From IMG/VR virus record IMGVR_UViG_2534681658_000009: a stretch of DNA of 19,494 nt; one strand, 5' to 3'. The notes under the pieces are model-generated. The model saw nothing but the letters and a program-made list of their open reading frames with translations, was not told the origin of the DNA and ran no database searches. Shown here one piece after another: positions 1 to 11,434 of this stretch (positions are counted from its first letter, which is position 1; every line of letters begins with the position of its first letter). The stretch is from a virus. Lineage: Duplodnaviria; Heunggongvirae; Uroviricota; Caudoviricetes. A program made the translations under genes and the position numbers.

Positions 1-2409
<2,409 letters not shown>

Positions 2410-2429
<20 letters not shown>

Positions 2430-3309
2430 TCTCCCGCATATTGCCAGCATGGCCTTTAATGAGCCGCTGATGCTTGAACCCGCCTATGCGCGGGTTTTCT
2501 TTTGTGCGCTTGCAGGCCAGCTTGGGATCAGCCGCCTGACGGATGCGGTGTCCGGTGACAGCCTGACTGCCCAGGAGGCACTCGCGACGCTGGCGTTATC
2601 CGGTGATGATGACGGACCACGACAGGCCCGCAGTTATCAGGTCATGAACGGCATCGCCGTGCTGCCGGTGTCCGGCACGCTGGTCAGCCGGACGCGGGCG
2701 CTGCAGCCGTACTCGGGGATGACCGGTTACAACGGCATTATCGCCCGTCTGCAACAGGCTGCCAGCGACCCGATGGTGGACGGCATTCTGCTCGATATGG
2801 ACACGCCAGGCGGAATGGTGGCGGGGGCATTTGACTGCGCTGACATCATCGCCCGTGTGCGTGACATAAAACCGGTATGGGCGCTGGCCAACGACATGAA
2901 CTGCAGTGCAGGTCAGCTGCTTGCCAGTGCCGCCTCCCGGCGTCTGGTCACGCAGACCGCCCGGACAGGCTCCATCGGCGTCATGATGGCTCACAGTAAT
3001 TACGGTGCTGCCCTGGAGAAACAGGGTGTGGAAATCACGCTGATTTACAGCGGCAGCCATAAGGTGGATGGCAATCCCTACAGCCATCTTCCGGATGACG
3101 TCCGGGAGACACTGCAGTCCCGGATGGACGCAACCCGCCAGATGTTTGCGCAGAAGGTGTCGGCATATACCGGCCTGTCTGTGCAGGCTGTGCTGGATAC
3201 CGAGGCTGCAGTGTACAGCGGTCAGGAGGCCATTGATGCCGGACTGGCTGATGAACTTGTTAACAGCACCGATGCGATCACCGTCATGCGTGATGCACTG
3301 GATGCCTAA
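2410..3309 (+). CDS. C: Capsid assembly protease gpC (S49/ClpP-like), 299 aa; C-terminally truncated relative to the 439-aa lambda gpC because the Nu3-homologous region is in a different frame
   Basis: GTG at 2410 gives TAELRNLPHIASMAFNEPLMLEPAYARVFF..., the lambda gpC N-terminus, 20 nt inside the end of B. Frame ends DALDA then TAA at 3307..3309. In lambda the same frame continues through the Nu3 sequence. Confidence 0.85.
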
Positions 3310-3331
3310 ATCCCGTCTCTCAGGAGGGCGA

Positions 3332-3727
3332 ATGACCAAAGAGACTCAATCAACAACTGTTTCAGCCACTGCTTCGCAGACTGACGTTACTGACGTGGTG
3401 CCAGCGACGGAGGGCGAAAACGCCAGCGCGGCGCAGCCGGACGTGAACGCGCAGATCACCGCTGCGGTTGCGGCAGAAAACAGCCGCATTATGGGGATCC
3501 TCAACTGTGAGGAGGCTCACGGACGCGAAGAACAGGCGCGCGTGCTGGCAGAAACCCCCGGTATGACCGTGGAAACGGCCCGCCGCATTCTGGCCGCAGC
3601 ACCACAGAGTGCACAGGCGCGCAGTGACACTGCGCTGGATCGTCTGATGCAGGGGGCACCGGCACCGCTGGCTACAGGTAACCCGGCATCTGATGCCGTT
3701 AACGATTTGCTGAACACACCAGTGTAA
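3332..3727 (+). CDS. nu3: Capsid scaffolding protein Nu3
   Basis: ATG at 3332 preceded by caggaggg (RBS); MTKETQSTTVSATASQTDVTDVVPATEGENASAAQPDVNAQITAAVAAENSRIMGILNCEEAHGREEQARVLAETPGMTVETARRILAAAPQSAQARSDTALDRLMQGAPAPLATGNPASDAVNDLLNTPV matches lambda Nu3. It is in frame 2 while the C N-terminal part is in frame 1. Confidence 0.9.
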   Translation: MTKETQSTTVSATASQTDVTDVVPATEGENASAAQPDVNAQITAAVAAENSRIMGILNCEEAHGREEQARVLAETPGMTVETARRILAAAPQSAQARSDTALDRLMQGAPAPLATGNPASDAVNDLLNTPV

Positions 3728-3736
3728 GGGATGTTT

Positions 3737-4069
3737 ATGACGAGCAAAGAAACCTTTACCCATTACCAGCCGCTGGGCAACAGTGACCCGGCTCATACCG
3801 CAACCGCGCCAGGCGGATTGAGTGCGAAAGCGCCTGCAATGACCCCGCTGATGCTGGACACCTCCACCCGTAAGCTGGTTGCGTGGGATGGCACCACCGA
3901 CGGTGCTGCCGTTGGCATTCTTGCTGTTGCTGCTGACCAGACCAGCACCACGCTGACGTTCTACAAGTCCGGCACGTTCCGTTATGAGGATGTGCTCTGG
4001 CCGGAGGCTGCCAGCGACGAGACGAAAAAACGGACCGCGTTTGCCGGAACGGCAATCAGCATCGTTTAA
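3737..4069 (+). CDS. D: Capsid decoration protein gpD
   Basis: 110-aa product [43 protein letters not shown]... matches lambda gpD; same length as lambda D (333 nt). The track ORF starts two codons upstream at 3731. Confidence 0.95.
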   Translation: MTSKETFTHYQPLGNSDPAHTATAPGGLSAKAPAMTPLMLDTSTRKLVAWDGTTDGAAVGILAVAADQTSTTLTFYKSGTFRYEDVLWPEAASDETKKRTAFAGTAISIV

Positions 4070-4088
4070 CCTTACCCTTCATCACTAA

Positions 4089-4112
4089 AGGCCGCCTGTG
4101 CGGCTTTTTTTA
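4089..4112 (+). terminator. GC-rich hairpin plus T-run between D and E (terminator-like or mRNA-stabilising stem-loop)
   Basis: gccgc-ctgtg-cggc followed by an 8-T run directly after the D stop; E starts 13 nt later. Confidence 0.4.
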
Positions 4113-4124
4113 CGGGATTTTTTT

Positions 4125-5150
4125 ATGTCGATGTACACAACCGCCCAGCTGCTGGCGGCAAATGAGAAGAAATTTAAGTTTGATCCGCTGTTTCTGCGTC
4201 TCTTTTTCCGTGAGAGCTATCCCTTCACCACGGAGAAAGTCTATCTCTCACAAATTCCGGGACTGGTAAACATGGCGCTGTACGTTTCGCCGATTGTTTC
4301 CGGTGAGGTTATCCGCTCCCGTGGCGGCTCCACCTCTGAATTTACACCGGGATATGTCAAGCCGAAGCATGAGGTGAATCCGCAGATGACCCTGCGTCGC
4401 CTGCCGGATGAAGATCCGCAGAATCTGGCGGACCCGGCTTACCGCCGCCGTCGCATCATCATGCAGAACATGCGAGACGAAGAGCTGGCCATTGCTCAGG
4501 TCGAAGAGATGCAGGCAGTTTCTGCCGTGCTTAAGGGCAAATACACCATGACCGGTGAAGCTTTCGATCCGGTTGAGGTGGATATGGGCCGCAGTGCGGC
4601 GAACAACATCACACAGTCCGGCGGCACGGAGTGGAGCAAGCGTGACAAGTCCACGTATGACCCGACCGACGATATCGAAGCCTATGCGCTGAACGCCAGC
4701 GGCGTGGTGAATATCATCGTGTTTGATCCGAAAGGCTGGGCGCTGTTCCGTTCCTTCAAAGCCGTCAAGGAGAAGCTGGATACCCGTCGCGGCTCTAATT
4801 CCGAGCTGGAGACAGCGGTAAAAGACCTGGGCGAAGCGGTGTCCTATAAGGGGATGTATGGCGATACGGCGATCGTCGTGTATTCCGGACAGTACGTGGA
4901 AAACGACGTCAAAAAGAACTTCCTTCCGGACAACACGATGGTGCTGGGGAACACTCAGGCACGCGGTCTGCGCACCTATGGCTGCATTCAGGATGCGGAC
5001 GCACAGCGCGAAGGTATTAACGCCTCTGCCCGCTACCCGAAAAACTGGGTGACCACCGGCGATCCGGCGCGTGAGTTCACCATGATTCAGTCAGCACCGC
5101 TGATGCTGCTGGCTGACCCTGATGCGTTCGTGTCCGTACAACTGGCGTAA
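4125..5150 (+). CDS. E: Major capsid protein gpE
   Basis: MSMYTTAQLLAANEKKFKFDPLFLRLFFRESYPFTTEKVYLSQIPGLVNMALYVSPIVSGEV... matches lambda gpE; 341 aa as in lambda. The track ORF begins at an upstream ATG (4098); homology supports 4125. Confidence 0.95.
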   Translation: MSMYTTAQLLAANEKKFKFDPLFLRLFFRESYPFTTEKVYLSQIPGLVNMALYVSPIVSGEVIRSRGGSTSEFTPGYVKPKHEVNPQMTLRRLPDEDPQNLADPAYRRRRIIMQNMRDEELAIAQVEEMQAVSAVLKGKYTMTGEAFDPVEVDMGRSAANNITQSGGTEWSKRDKSTYDPTDDIEAYALNASGVVNIIVFDPKGWALFRSFKAVKEKLDTRRGSNSELETAVKDLGEAVSYKGMYGDTAIVVYSGQYVENDVKKNFLPDNTMVLGNTQARGLRTYGCIQDADAQREGINASARYPKNWVTTGDPAREFTMIQSAPLMLLADPDAFVSVQLA

Positions 5151-5152
5151 TC

Positions 5153-5174
5153 ATGGCCCTTCGGGGCCATTTTC
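5153..5174 (+). terminator. Short hairpin after E (atggccc-ttcg-gggccat, then T-rich); probable retroregulatory or partial terminator
   Basis: Perfect 7-bp inverted repeat with a 4-nt loop immediately after the E stop codon. Confidence 0.35.
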
Positions 5175-5191
5175 TCTCTGTGGAGGAGTTC

Positions 5192-5587
5192 ATGACGAAA
5201 GATGAACTGATTGCCCGTCTTCAGGTGCTGGGTGAGCAACTGAACCGTGATGTCAGCCTGACGGGGACGAAAGAAGAACTGGTGCTCCGTGTGGCAGAGC
5301 TGGAAGAGGAGCTTGATGACACGGATGACGCTGCCGGTCAGGACACATCTGTCAGCCCGGAAAATGCGCTGACCGGACATGAAAATGAGGTGGTATCAGC
5401 GCAGCCGGATACCGTGATTGATACGGCTGCTCTGGTCACGGTCGTGGCACTGGTGACGCTGCATACTGATGCACTTCACGCCACGCGGGATGAGCCTGTG
5501 GCATTTGTGCTGCCGGGAACGGCGTTTCGTGTCTCTGCCGGTGTGGCAGCCGAAATGACAGAACATGGCCTGGCCAGAATGCAATAA
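5192..5587 (+). CDS. FI: DNA packaging / head assembly protein FI
   Basis: MTKDELIARLQVLGEQLNRDVSLTGTKEEL... matches lambda gpFI; ggagg RBS before ATG 5192; one codon shorter than lambda FI (131 vs 132 aa). Confidence 0.9.
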   Translation: MTKDELIARLQVLGEQLNRDVSLTGTKEELVLRVAELEEELDDTDDAAGQDTSVSPENALTGHENEVVSAQPDTVIDTAALVTVVALVTLHTDALHATRDEPVAFVLPGTAFRVSAGVAAEMTEHGLARMQ

Positions 5588-5598
5588 CGGGAGGCGCT

Positions 5599-5952
5599 GT
5601 GGCTGATTCCGATAACCTGTTCGATGCTGCCATTGCCCGCGCCGATGAAACGATACGCGGGTACATGGGAACGTCAGCCACCATGACATCCGGTGAGCAG
5701 TCAGGTGCGGTGATACGTGGTGTTTTTGATGACCCTGAAAATATCAGCTATGCCGGACAGGGCGTGCGCGTTGAAGGCTCCAGCCCGTCCCTGTTTGTCC
5801 GGACTGATGATGTGCGGCAGCTGCGGCGCGGCGACACGCTGACCATCGGTGAGGAAAACTTCTGGATAGACCGGATTTCGCCGGATGATGGCGGAAGCTG
5901 TCATCTCTGGCTTGGGCGGGGCGTACCGCCTGCCGTTAACCGTCGCCGCTGA
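5599..5952 (+). CDS. FII: Head completion / head-tail connector protein FII
   Basis: 117-aa ORF (GTG start) MADSDNLFDAAIARADETIRGYMGTSATMTSGEQSGAVIRGVFDDPENISYAGQGVRVEG... matches lambda gpFII. Confidence 0.92.
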   Translation: MADSDNLFDAAIARADETIRGYMGTSATMTSGEQSGAVIRGVFDDPENISYAGQGVRVEGSSPSLFVRTDDVRQLRRGDTLTIGEENFWIDRISPDDGGSCHLWLGRGVPPAVNRRR

Positions 5953-5963
5953 AAGGGGGATGT

Positions 5964-6542
5964 ATGGCCATAAAAGGTCTTGAGCAGGCCGTTGAAAACC
6001 TCAGCCGTATCAGCAGAACGGCGGTGCCCGGTGCCGCCGCAATGGCCATTAACCGCGTTGCTTCATCCGCGATATCGCAGTCGGTGGCACAGGTTGCCCG
6101 TGAGACAAAGGTACGCCGGAAACTGGTAAAGGAAAGGGCCAGGCTGAAAAGGGCCACGGTCAAAAATCCGCAGGCCAGAATCAGGGTTAACCGGGGGGAT
6201 TTGCCCGTAATCAAGCTGGGTAACGCGCGGGTTGTCCTTTCCCGCCGCAGACGTCGTAAAAAGGGGCAGCGTTCATCCCTGAAAGGTGGCGGCAGCGTGC
6301 TTGTGGTGGGAAACCGTCGTATTCCCGGCGCGTTTATTCAGCAACTGAAAAATGGCCGGTGGCATGTCATGCAGCGTGTGGCCGGGAAAAACCGTTACCC
6401 CATTGATGTGGTGAAAATCCCGATGGCGGTGCCGCTTACCACGGCGTTTAAACAGAATATTGAACGGATACGGCGTGAACGTCTTCCGAAAGAGCTGGGC
6501 TATGCGCTGCAGCATCAACTGAGGATAGTAATAAAGCGATGA
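5964..6542 (+). CDS. Z: Tail completion protein Z
   Basis: 192-aa ORF, same length as lambda gpZ and matching in sequence; stop overlaps U start. Confidence 0.92.
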   Translation: MAIKGLEQAVENLSRISRTAVPGAAAMAINRVASSAISQSVAQVARETKVRRKLVKERARLKRATVKNPQARIRVNRGDLPVIKLGNARVVLSRRRRRKKGQRSSLKGGGSVLVVGNRRIPGAFIQQLKNGRWHVMQRVAGKNRYPIDVVKIPMAVPLTTAFKQNIERIRRERLPKELGYALQHQLRIVIKR

Positions 6543-6934
6543 AACATACTGAACTCCGTGCAGCCGTACTGGATGCACTGGAGAAGCATGACACCGGGGC
6601 GACGCTTTTTGATGGTCGCCCCGCTGTTTTTGATGAGGCGGATTTTCCGGCAATTGCCGTTTATCTCACCGGCGCTGAATACACGGGCGAAGAGCTGGAC
6701 AGCGATACATGGCAGGCGGAGCTGCATATCGAAGTTTTCCTGCCTGCTCAGGTGCCGGATTCAGAGCTGGATTCGTGGATGGAGTCCCGGATTTATCCGG
6801 TGATGAGCGATGTCCCGGCACTGTCAGATTTGATCACCAGTATGGTGGCCAGTGGCTATGACTACCGGCGCGACGATGATGCGGGCCTGTGGAGTTCAGC
6901 CGATCTGACTTATGTCATTACCTATGAAATGTGA
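6539..6934 (+). CDS. U: Tail terminator protein U
   Basis: 131-aa [57 protein letters not shown]... matches lambda gpU. Confidence 0.93.
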   Translation: MKHTELRAAVLDALEKHDTGATLFDGRPAVFDEADFPAIAVYLTGAEYTGEELDSDTWQAELHIEVFLPAQVPDSELDSWMESRIYPVMSDVPALSDLITSMVASGYDYRRDDDAGLWSSADLTYVITYEM

Positions 6935-6941
6935 GGACGAT

Positions 6942-7682
6942 ATGCCTGTACCAAATCCAGTAATGCCGGTGAAAGGGGCCGGGACCACACTGTGGGTTTA
7001 TAAGGGGAGCGGTGACCCTTATGCGAACCCGCTTTCAGACGTTGACTGGTCGCGTCTGGCAAAAGTTAAAGACCTGACGCCCGGCGAACTGACCGCTGAG
7101 TCCTATGACGACAGCTATCTCGATGATGAAGATGCAGACTGGACTGCGACCGGGCAGGGGCAGAAATCTGCCGGAGATACCAGCTTCACGCTGGCGTGGA
7201 TGCCCGGAGAGCAGGGGCAGCAGGCGCTGCTGGCGTGGTTTAATGAAGGGGATACCCGTGCCTATAAAATCCGCTTCCCGAACGGCACGGTCGATGTGTT
7301 CCGTGGCTGGGTCAGCAGTATCGGTAAGGCGGTGACGGCGAAGGAAGTGATCACCCGTACGGTGAAGGTCACCAATGTGGGCCGTCCGTCAATGGCAGAA
7401 GATCGCAGTACGGTGACGGCGGCAACCGGTATGACTGTGACGCCTGCCAGCTCCTCGGTGGTGAAAGGGCAGAGCACCACGCTGACCGTGGCATTCCAGC
7501 CGGAGGGTGCAACTGACAAGAGCTTCCGTGCGGTGTCAGCGGATAAAACAAAAGCCACCGTGTCGGTCAGTGGTATGACCATCACCGTGAATGGCGTTGC
7601 TGCAGGTAAGGTCAACATTCCGGTCGTATCCGGTAATGGTGAGTTTGCTGCGGTTGCAGAAATCACCGTCACCGCCAGTTAA
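6942..7682 (+). CDS. V: Major tail tube protein V, with C-terminal Ig-like (Big_2) domain
   Basis: [50 protein letters not shown]... matches lambda gpV (246 aa from ATG 6942; track ORF starts upstream at 6912). C-terminal ...[30 protein letters not shown]... is the Ig-like domain. Confidence 0.94.
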   Translation: MPVPNPVMPVKGAGTTLWVYKGSGDPYANPLSDVDWSRLAKVKDLTPGELTAESYDDSYLDDEDADWTATGQGQKSAGDTSFTLAWMPGEQGQQALLAWFNEGDTRAYKIRFPNGTVDVFRGWVSSIGKAVTAKEVITRTVKVTNVGRPSMAEDRSTVTAATGMTVTPASSSVVKGQSTTLTVAFQPEGATDKSFRAVSADKTKATVSVSGMTITVNGVAAGKVNIPVVSGNGEFAAVAEITVTAS

Positions 7683-7697
7683 TCCGGAGAGTCAGCG

Positions 7698-8120
7698 ATG
7701 TTCCTGAAAACCGAATCATTTGAACATAACGGTGTGACCGTCACGCTTTCTGAACTGTCAGCCCTGCAGCGAATTGAGCATCTCGCCCTGCTGAAACGAC
7801 AGGCAGAACAGGCGGGATCCAGTCTCAATCGACAGGTGAGCGTGGAAGATCTCGTCAGAACCGGTGCTTTTCTGGTGGCGATGTCCCTGTGGCATAGCCA
7901 TCCGCAGAAGACAAAGATGCCGTCCATGAATGAAGCCGTTAAACAAATTGAGCAGGAAGTGCTTACCACCTGGCCCACAGAGGCAATTGCTCAGGCTGAA
8001 AATGTGGTAATGCGTCTGTCCGGTATGTCTGAGTTTGTTGTGAATGATGCACCTGAACAGGCAGATGACGCCGGGCCAGCAGAGCCTGTTTCTGCGGGAA
8101 AGTGTTCGACGGTGAGCTGA
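7698..8120 (+). CDS. G: Tail assembly chaperone G
   Basis: 140-aa ORF MFLKTESFEHNGVTVTLSELSALQRIEHLALLKRQAEQ... matches lambda gpG; ends shortly after the slippery heptamer. Confidence 0.94.
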   Translation: MFLKTESFEHNGVTVTLSELSALQRIEHLALLKRQAEQAGSSLNRQVSVEDLVRTGAFLVAMSLWHSHPQKTKMPSMNEAVKQIEQEVLTTWPTEAIAQAENVVMRLSGMSEFVVNDAPEQADDAGPAEPVSAGKCSTVS

Positions 8121-8536
8121 GTTTTGCCCTGAAACTGGCGCGTGAGATGGGGCGACCCGACTGGCGCGCCATGCTTGCCGGGATGTCATCCACGGAGTAT
8201 GCCGACTGGCACCGCTTTTACAGTACCCATTATTTTCATGATGTTCTGCTGGATATGCACTTTTCCGGGCTGACGTACACCGTGCTCAGCCTGTTTTTCA
8301 GCGATCCGGATATGCATCCGCTGGATTTCAGTCTGCTGAACCGGCGCGAGGCTGACGAAGAGCCTGAAGATGATGTGCTGATGCAGAAAGCGGCAGGGCT
8401 TGCCGGAGGTGTCCGCTTTGGCCCGGACGGGAATGAAGTTATCCCTACTTCCCCGGATGTGGCGGACATGACGGAGGATGACGTAATGCTGATGACAGTA
8501 TCAGAAGGGATCGCAGGAGGAGTCCGGTATGGCTGA
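7698..8536 (+). CDS. T: Tail assembly chaperone G-T fusion, made by programmed -1 ribosomal frameshift at 8096..8102 (T-frame portion 8102..8536)
   Basis: The -1 frame after GGGAAAG reads VFDGELSFALKLAREMGRPDWRAMLAGMSSTEYADWHRFY..., matching lambda gpT; the T frame has no independent start with an RBS. Confidence 0.88.
8096..8102 (+). other. Programmed -1 frameshift slippery heptamer G_GGA_AAG (G/T recoding site)
   Basis: Heptamer GGGAAAG is phased as X XXY YYZ in the G frame, 6 codons before the G stop. Confidence 0.85.
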
Positions 8537-11108
8537 ACCGGTAGGCGATCTGGTCGTTGATTTGAGTCTGGATGCGGCCAGATTTGACGAGCAGATGGCC
8601 AGAGTCAGGCGTCATTTTTCCGGTACGGAAAGTGATGCGAAAAAAACAGCGGCAGTCGTTGAACAGTCAATGAACCGGCAGGCGCTGGCTGCACAGAAAG
8701 CGGGGATTTCCGTCGGACAGTATAAAGCCGCCATGCGTATGCTGCCTGCACAGTTCACCGACGTGGCCACGCAGCTTGCAGGCGGGCAAAGTCCGTGGCT
8801 GATCCTGCTGCAACAGGGGGGTCAGGTGAAGGACTCCTTCGGCGGGATGATCCCCATGTTCCGGGGGCTTGCCGGTGCGATCACCCTGCCGATGGTGGGG
8901 GCCACCTCGCTGGCGGTGGCGACCGGTGCGCTGGCGTATGCCTGGTATCAGGGCAACTCAACCCTGTCCGATTTCAACAAAACGCTGGTCCTTTCCGGCA
9001 ATCAGGCGGGACTGACGGCAGATCGTATGCTGGTCCTGTCCAGAGCCGGGCAGGCGGCAGGGCTGACGTTTAACCAGACCAGCGAGTCACTGACGGCGCT
9101 GGTGAATGCCGGTGTGCGTGGTGGTGAGCAGTTTGAGGCGATCAGCCAGAGTGTGGCGCGTTTCTCCTCTGCATCCGGCGTGGAGGTGGACAAGGTCGCT
9201 GAAGCCTTCGGGAAGCTGACCACAGACCCGACGTCGGGACTGACAGCGATGGCACGTCAGTTCCATAACGTGACGGCGGAGCAGATTGCGTATGTTGCTC
9301 AGTTGCAGCGTTCCGGCGATGAAGCCGGGGCATTGCAGGCGGCGAACGAGGCCGCAACGAAAGGGTTTGATGACCAGACCCGCCGCCTGAAAGAGAACAT
9401 GGGCACGCTGGAGACCTGGGCAGACAGGACAGCACGGGCATTCAAATCCATGTGGGATTCGGTGCTGGATATTGGTCGCCCGGACACTGCCCAGGGAATG
9501 CTGGAGAAAGCAGAAAAGGCTTTTGATGAGGCGGACAAAAAATGGCAGTGGTATCAGAGCCGGAGCCACCGGCGCGGTAAAACCTCAGCATTTCGTGCCA
9601 ATCTCCGGGGAGCATGGGAGGACAGAGCGAATGCGCAACTTGGACTTTCAGCCGCCACGTTGCAGGCCGATCTTGAAAAGGCCAGAGAGATGGCAGCAAA
9701 GGACTGGGCCGAGTCTGAGGCATCACGGCTGAAATATACCGAAGAGGCGCAGAAGGCTTACGAACGGCTGCAGACGCCGCTGGAGAAATATACCGCCCGT
9801 CAGGAAGAACTGAACAAGGCACTGAAAGACGGGAAAATCCTGCAGGCGGATTACAACACGCTGATGGCGGCGGCGAAAAAGGATTATGAAGCGACGCTGA
9901 AAAAGCCGAAACAGTCCGGCGTGAAAGTGTCTGCGGGCGATCGTCAGGAAGACAGTGCTCATGCTGCCCTGCTGACGCTTCAGGCAGAACTCCGGACGCT
10001 GGAGAAGCATGCCGGAGCAAATGAGAAAATCAGCCAGCAGCGCCGGGATTTGTGGAAGGCGGAGAGTCAGTTCGCGGTACTGGAGGAGGCGGCGCAACGT
10101 CGCCAGCTATCCGCACAGGAGAAATCCCTGCTGGCGCATAAAGATGAGACGCTGGAGTACAAACGCCAGCTGGCTGCACTTGGCGACAAGGTTACGTATC
10201 AGGAGCGCCTGAACGCGCTGGCGCAGCAGGCGGATAAATTCGCACAGCAGCAACGGGCAAAACGGGCCGCCATTGATGCGAAAAGCCGGGGGCTGACTGA
10301 CCGGCAGGCAGCGCGGGAAGCCACAGAACAGCGCCTGAAGGAACAGTATGGCGATAATCCTCTGGCGCTGAATAACGTCATGTCAGAGCAGAAAAAGACC
10401 TGGGCGGCTGAAGACCAGCTTCGCGGGAACTGGATGGCAGGCCTGAAGTCCGGCTGGAGTGAGTGGGAAGAGAGCGCCACGGACAGTATGTCGCAGGTAA
10501 AAAGTGCAGCCGCGCAGACCTTTGATGGTATTGCACAGAATATGGCGGCGATGCTGACCGGCAGTGAGCAGAACTGGCGCAGCTTCACCCGTTCCGTGCT
10601 GTCCATGATGACAGAAATTCTGCTTAAGCAGGCAATGGTGGGGATTGTCGGGAGTATCGGCAGCGCCATTGGCGGAGCTGTTGGTGGCGGCGCATCCGCG
10701 TCAGGCGGTACAGCCATTCAGGCCGCTGCGGCGAAATTCCATTTTGCAACCGGAGGATTTACGGGAACCGGCGGCAAATATGAGCCAGCGGGGATTGTTC
10801 ACCGTGGTGAGTTTGTCTTCACGAAGGAGGCAACCAGCCGGATTGGCGTGGGGAATCTTTACCGGCTGATGCGCGGCTATGCCACCGGCGGTTATGTCGG
10901 TACACCGGGCAGCATGGCAGACAGCCGGTCGCAGGCGTCCGGGACGTTTGAGCAGAATAACCATGTGGTGATTAACAACGACGGCACGAACGGGCAGATA
11001 GGTCCGGCTGCTCTGAAGGCGGTGTATGACATGGCCCGCAAGGGTGCCCGTGATGAAATTCAGACACAGATGCGTGATGGTGGCCTGTTCTCCGGAGGTG
11101 GACGATGA
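8529..11108 (+). CDS. H: Tail tape measure protein H (859 aa)
   Basis: Intact 859-aa ORF; N-terminus MAEPVGDLVVDLSLDAARFDEQMARVRRHF and C-terminus ...QTQMRDGGLFSGGGR match lambda gpH; coiled-coil-rich middle and Gly-rich C-terminal segment; overlaps T stop and M start. Confidence 0.93.
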   Translation: MAEPVGDLVVDLSLDAARFDEQMARVRRHFSGTESDAKKTAAVVEQSMNRQALAAQKAGISVGQYKAAMRMLPAQFTDVATQLAGGQSPWLILLQQGGQVKDSFGGMIPMFRGLAGAITLPMVGATSLAVATGALAYAWYQGNSTLSDFNKTLVLSGNQAGLTADRMLVLSRAGQAAGLTFNQTSESLTALVNAGVRGGEQFEAISQSVARFSSASGVEVDKVAEAFGKLTTDPTSGLTAMARQFHNVTAEQIAYVAQLQRSGDEAGALQAANEAATKGFDDQTRRLKENMGTLETWADRTARAFKSMWDSVLDIGRPDTAQGMLEKAEKAFDEADKKWQWYQSRSHRRGKTSAFRANLRGAWEDRANAQLGLSAATLQADLEKAREMAAKDWAESEASRLKYTEEAQKAYERLQTPLEKYTARQEELNKALKDGKILQADYNTLMAAAKKDYEATLKKPKQSGVKVSAGDRQEDSAHAALLTLQAELRTLEKHAGANEKISQQRRDLWKAESQFAVLEEAAQRRQLSAQEKSLLAHKDETLEYKRQLAALGDKVTYQERLNALAQQADKFAQQQRAKRAAIDAKSRGLTDRQAAREATEQRLKEQYGDNPLALNNVMSEQKKTWAAEDQLRGNWMAGLKSGWSEWEESATDSMSQVKSAAAQTFDGIAQNMAAMLTGSEQNWRSFTRSVLSMMTEILLKQAMVGIVGSIGSAIGGAVGGGASASGGTAIQAAAAKFHFATGGFTGTGGKYEPAGIVHRGEFVFTKEATSRIGVGNLYRLMRGYATGGYVGTPGSMADSRSQASGTFEQNNHVVINNDGTNGQIGPAALKAVYDMARKGARDEIQTQMRDGGLFSGGGR

Positions 11109-11434
11109 AGACCTTCCGCTGGAAAGTGAAACCCGGTATGGATGTGGCTTCGGTCCCTTCTGTAAGAAAGGTGCGCTTTGGTGATGGCTATTCTCAGCGA
11201 GCGCCTGCCGGGCTGAATGCCAACCTGAAAACGTACAGCGTGACGCTTTCTGTCCCCCGTGAGGAGGCCACGGTACTGGAGTCGTTTCTGGAAGAGCACG
11301 GGGGCTGGAAATCCTTTCTGTGGACGCCGCCTTATGAGTGGCGGCAGATAAAGGTGACCTGCGCAAAATGGTCGTCGCGGGTCAGTATGCTGCGTGTTGA
11401 GTTCAGCGCAGAGTTTGAACAGGTGGTGAACTGA
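11105..11434 (+). CDS. M: Tail tip protein M
   Basis: 109-aa ORF MKTFRWKVKPGMDVASVPSVRKVRFGDGYSQRAPAGLNANLKTYSVTLSV... matches lambda gpM; ATGA overlaps with H and L. Confidence 0.94.
   Translation: MKTFRWKVKPGMDVASVPSVRKVRFGDGYSQRAPAGLNANLKTYSVTLSVPREEATVLESFLEEHGGWKSFLWTPPYEWRQIKVTCAKWSSRVSMLRVEFSAEFEQVVN

Noticed and set aside
2596-3339. 247-aa minus-strand ORF antisense to C
   Set aside because: Embedded opposite the gpC protease; His/Arg/Gly-rich composition with no recognisable domain. Stop-free antisense frames are expected at this GC content.
8795-10212. Several ORFs inside H on both strands (8795..9073, 9087..9569-, 9442..10020-, 9723..10097-, 10009..10212)
   Set aside because: H is a single intact 859-codon ORF with lambda-like termini. 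The internal ORFs are compositional artefacts of a long GC-rich coiled-coil gene.
10701-11366. 221-aa minus-strand ORF spanning the H/M junction
   Set aside because: Antisense to intact H and M, which have strong homology support; composition is Ser/Arg/Pro-rich junk.
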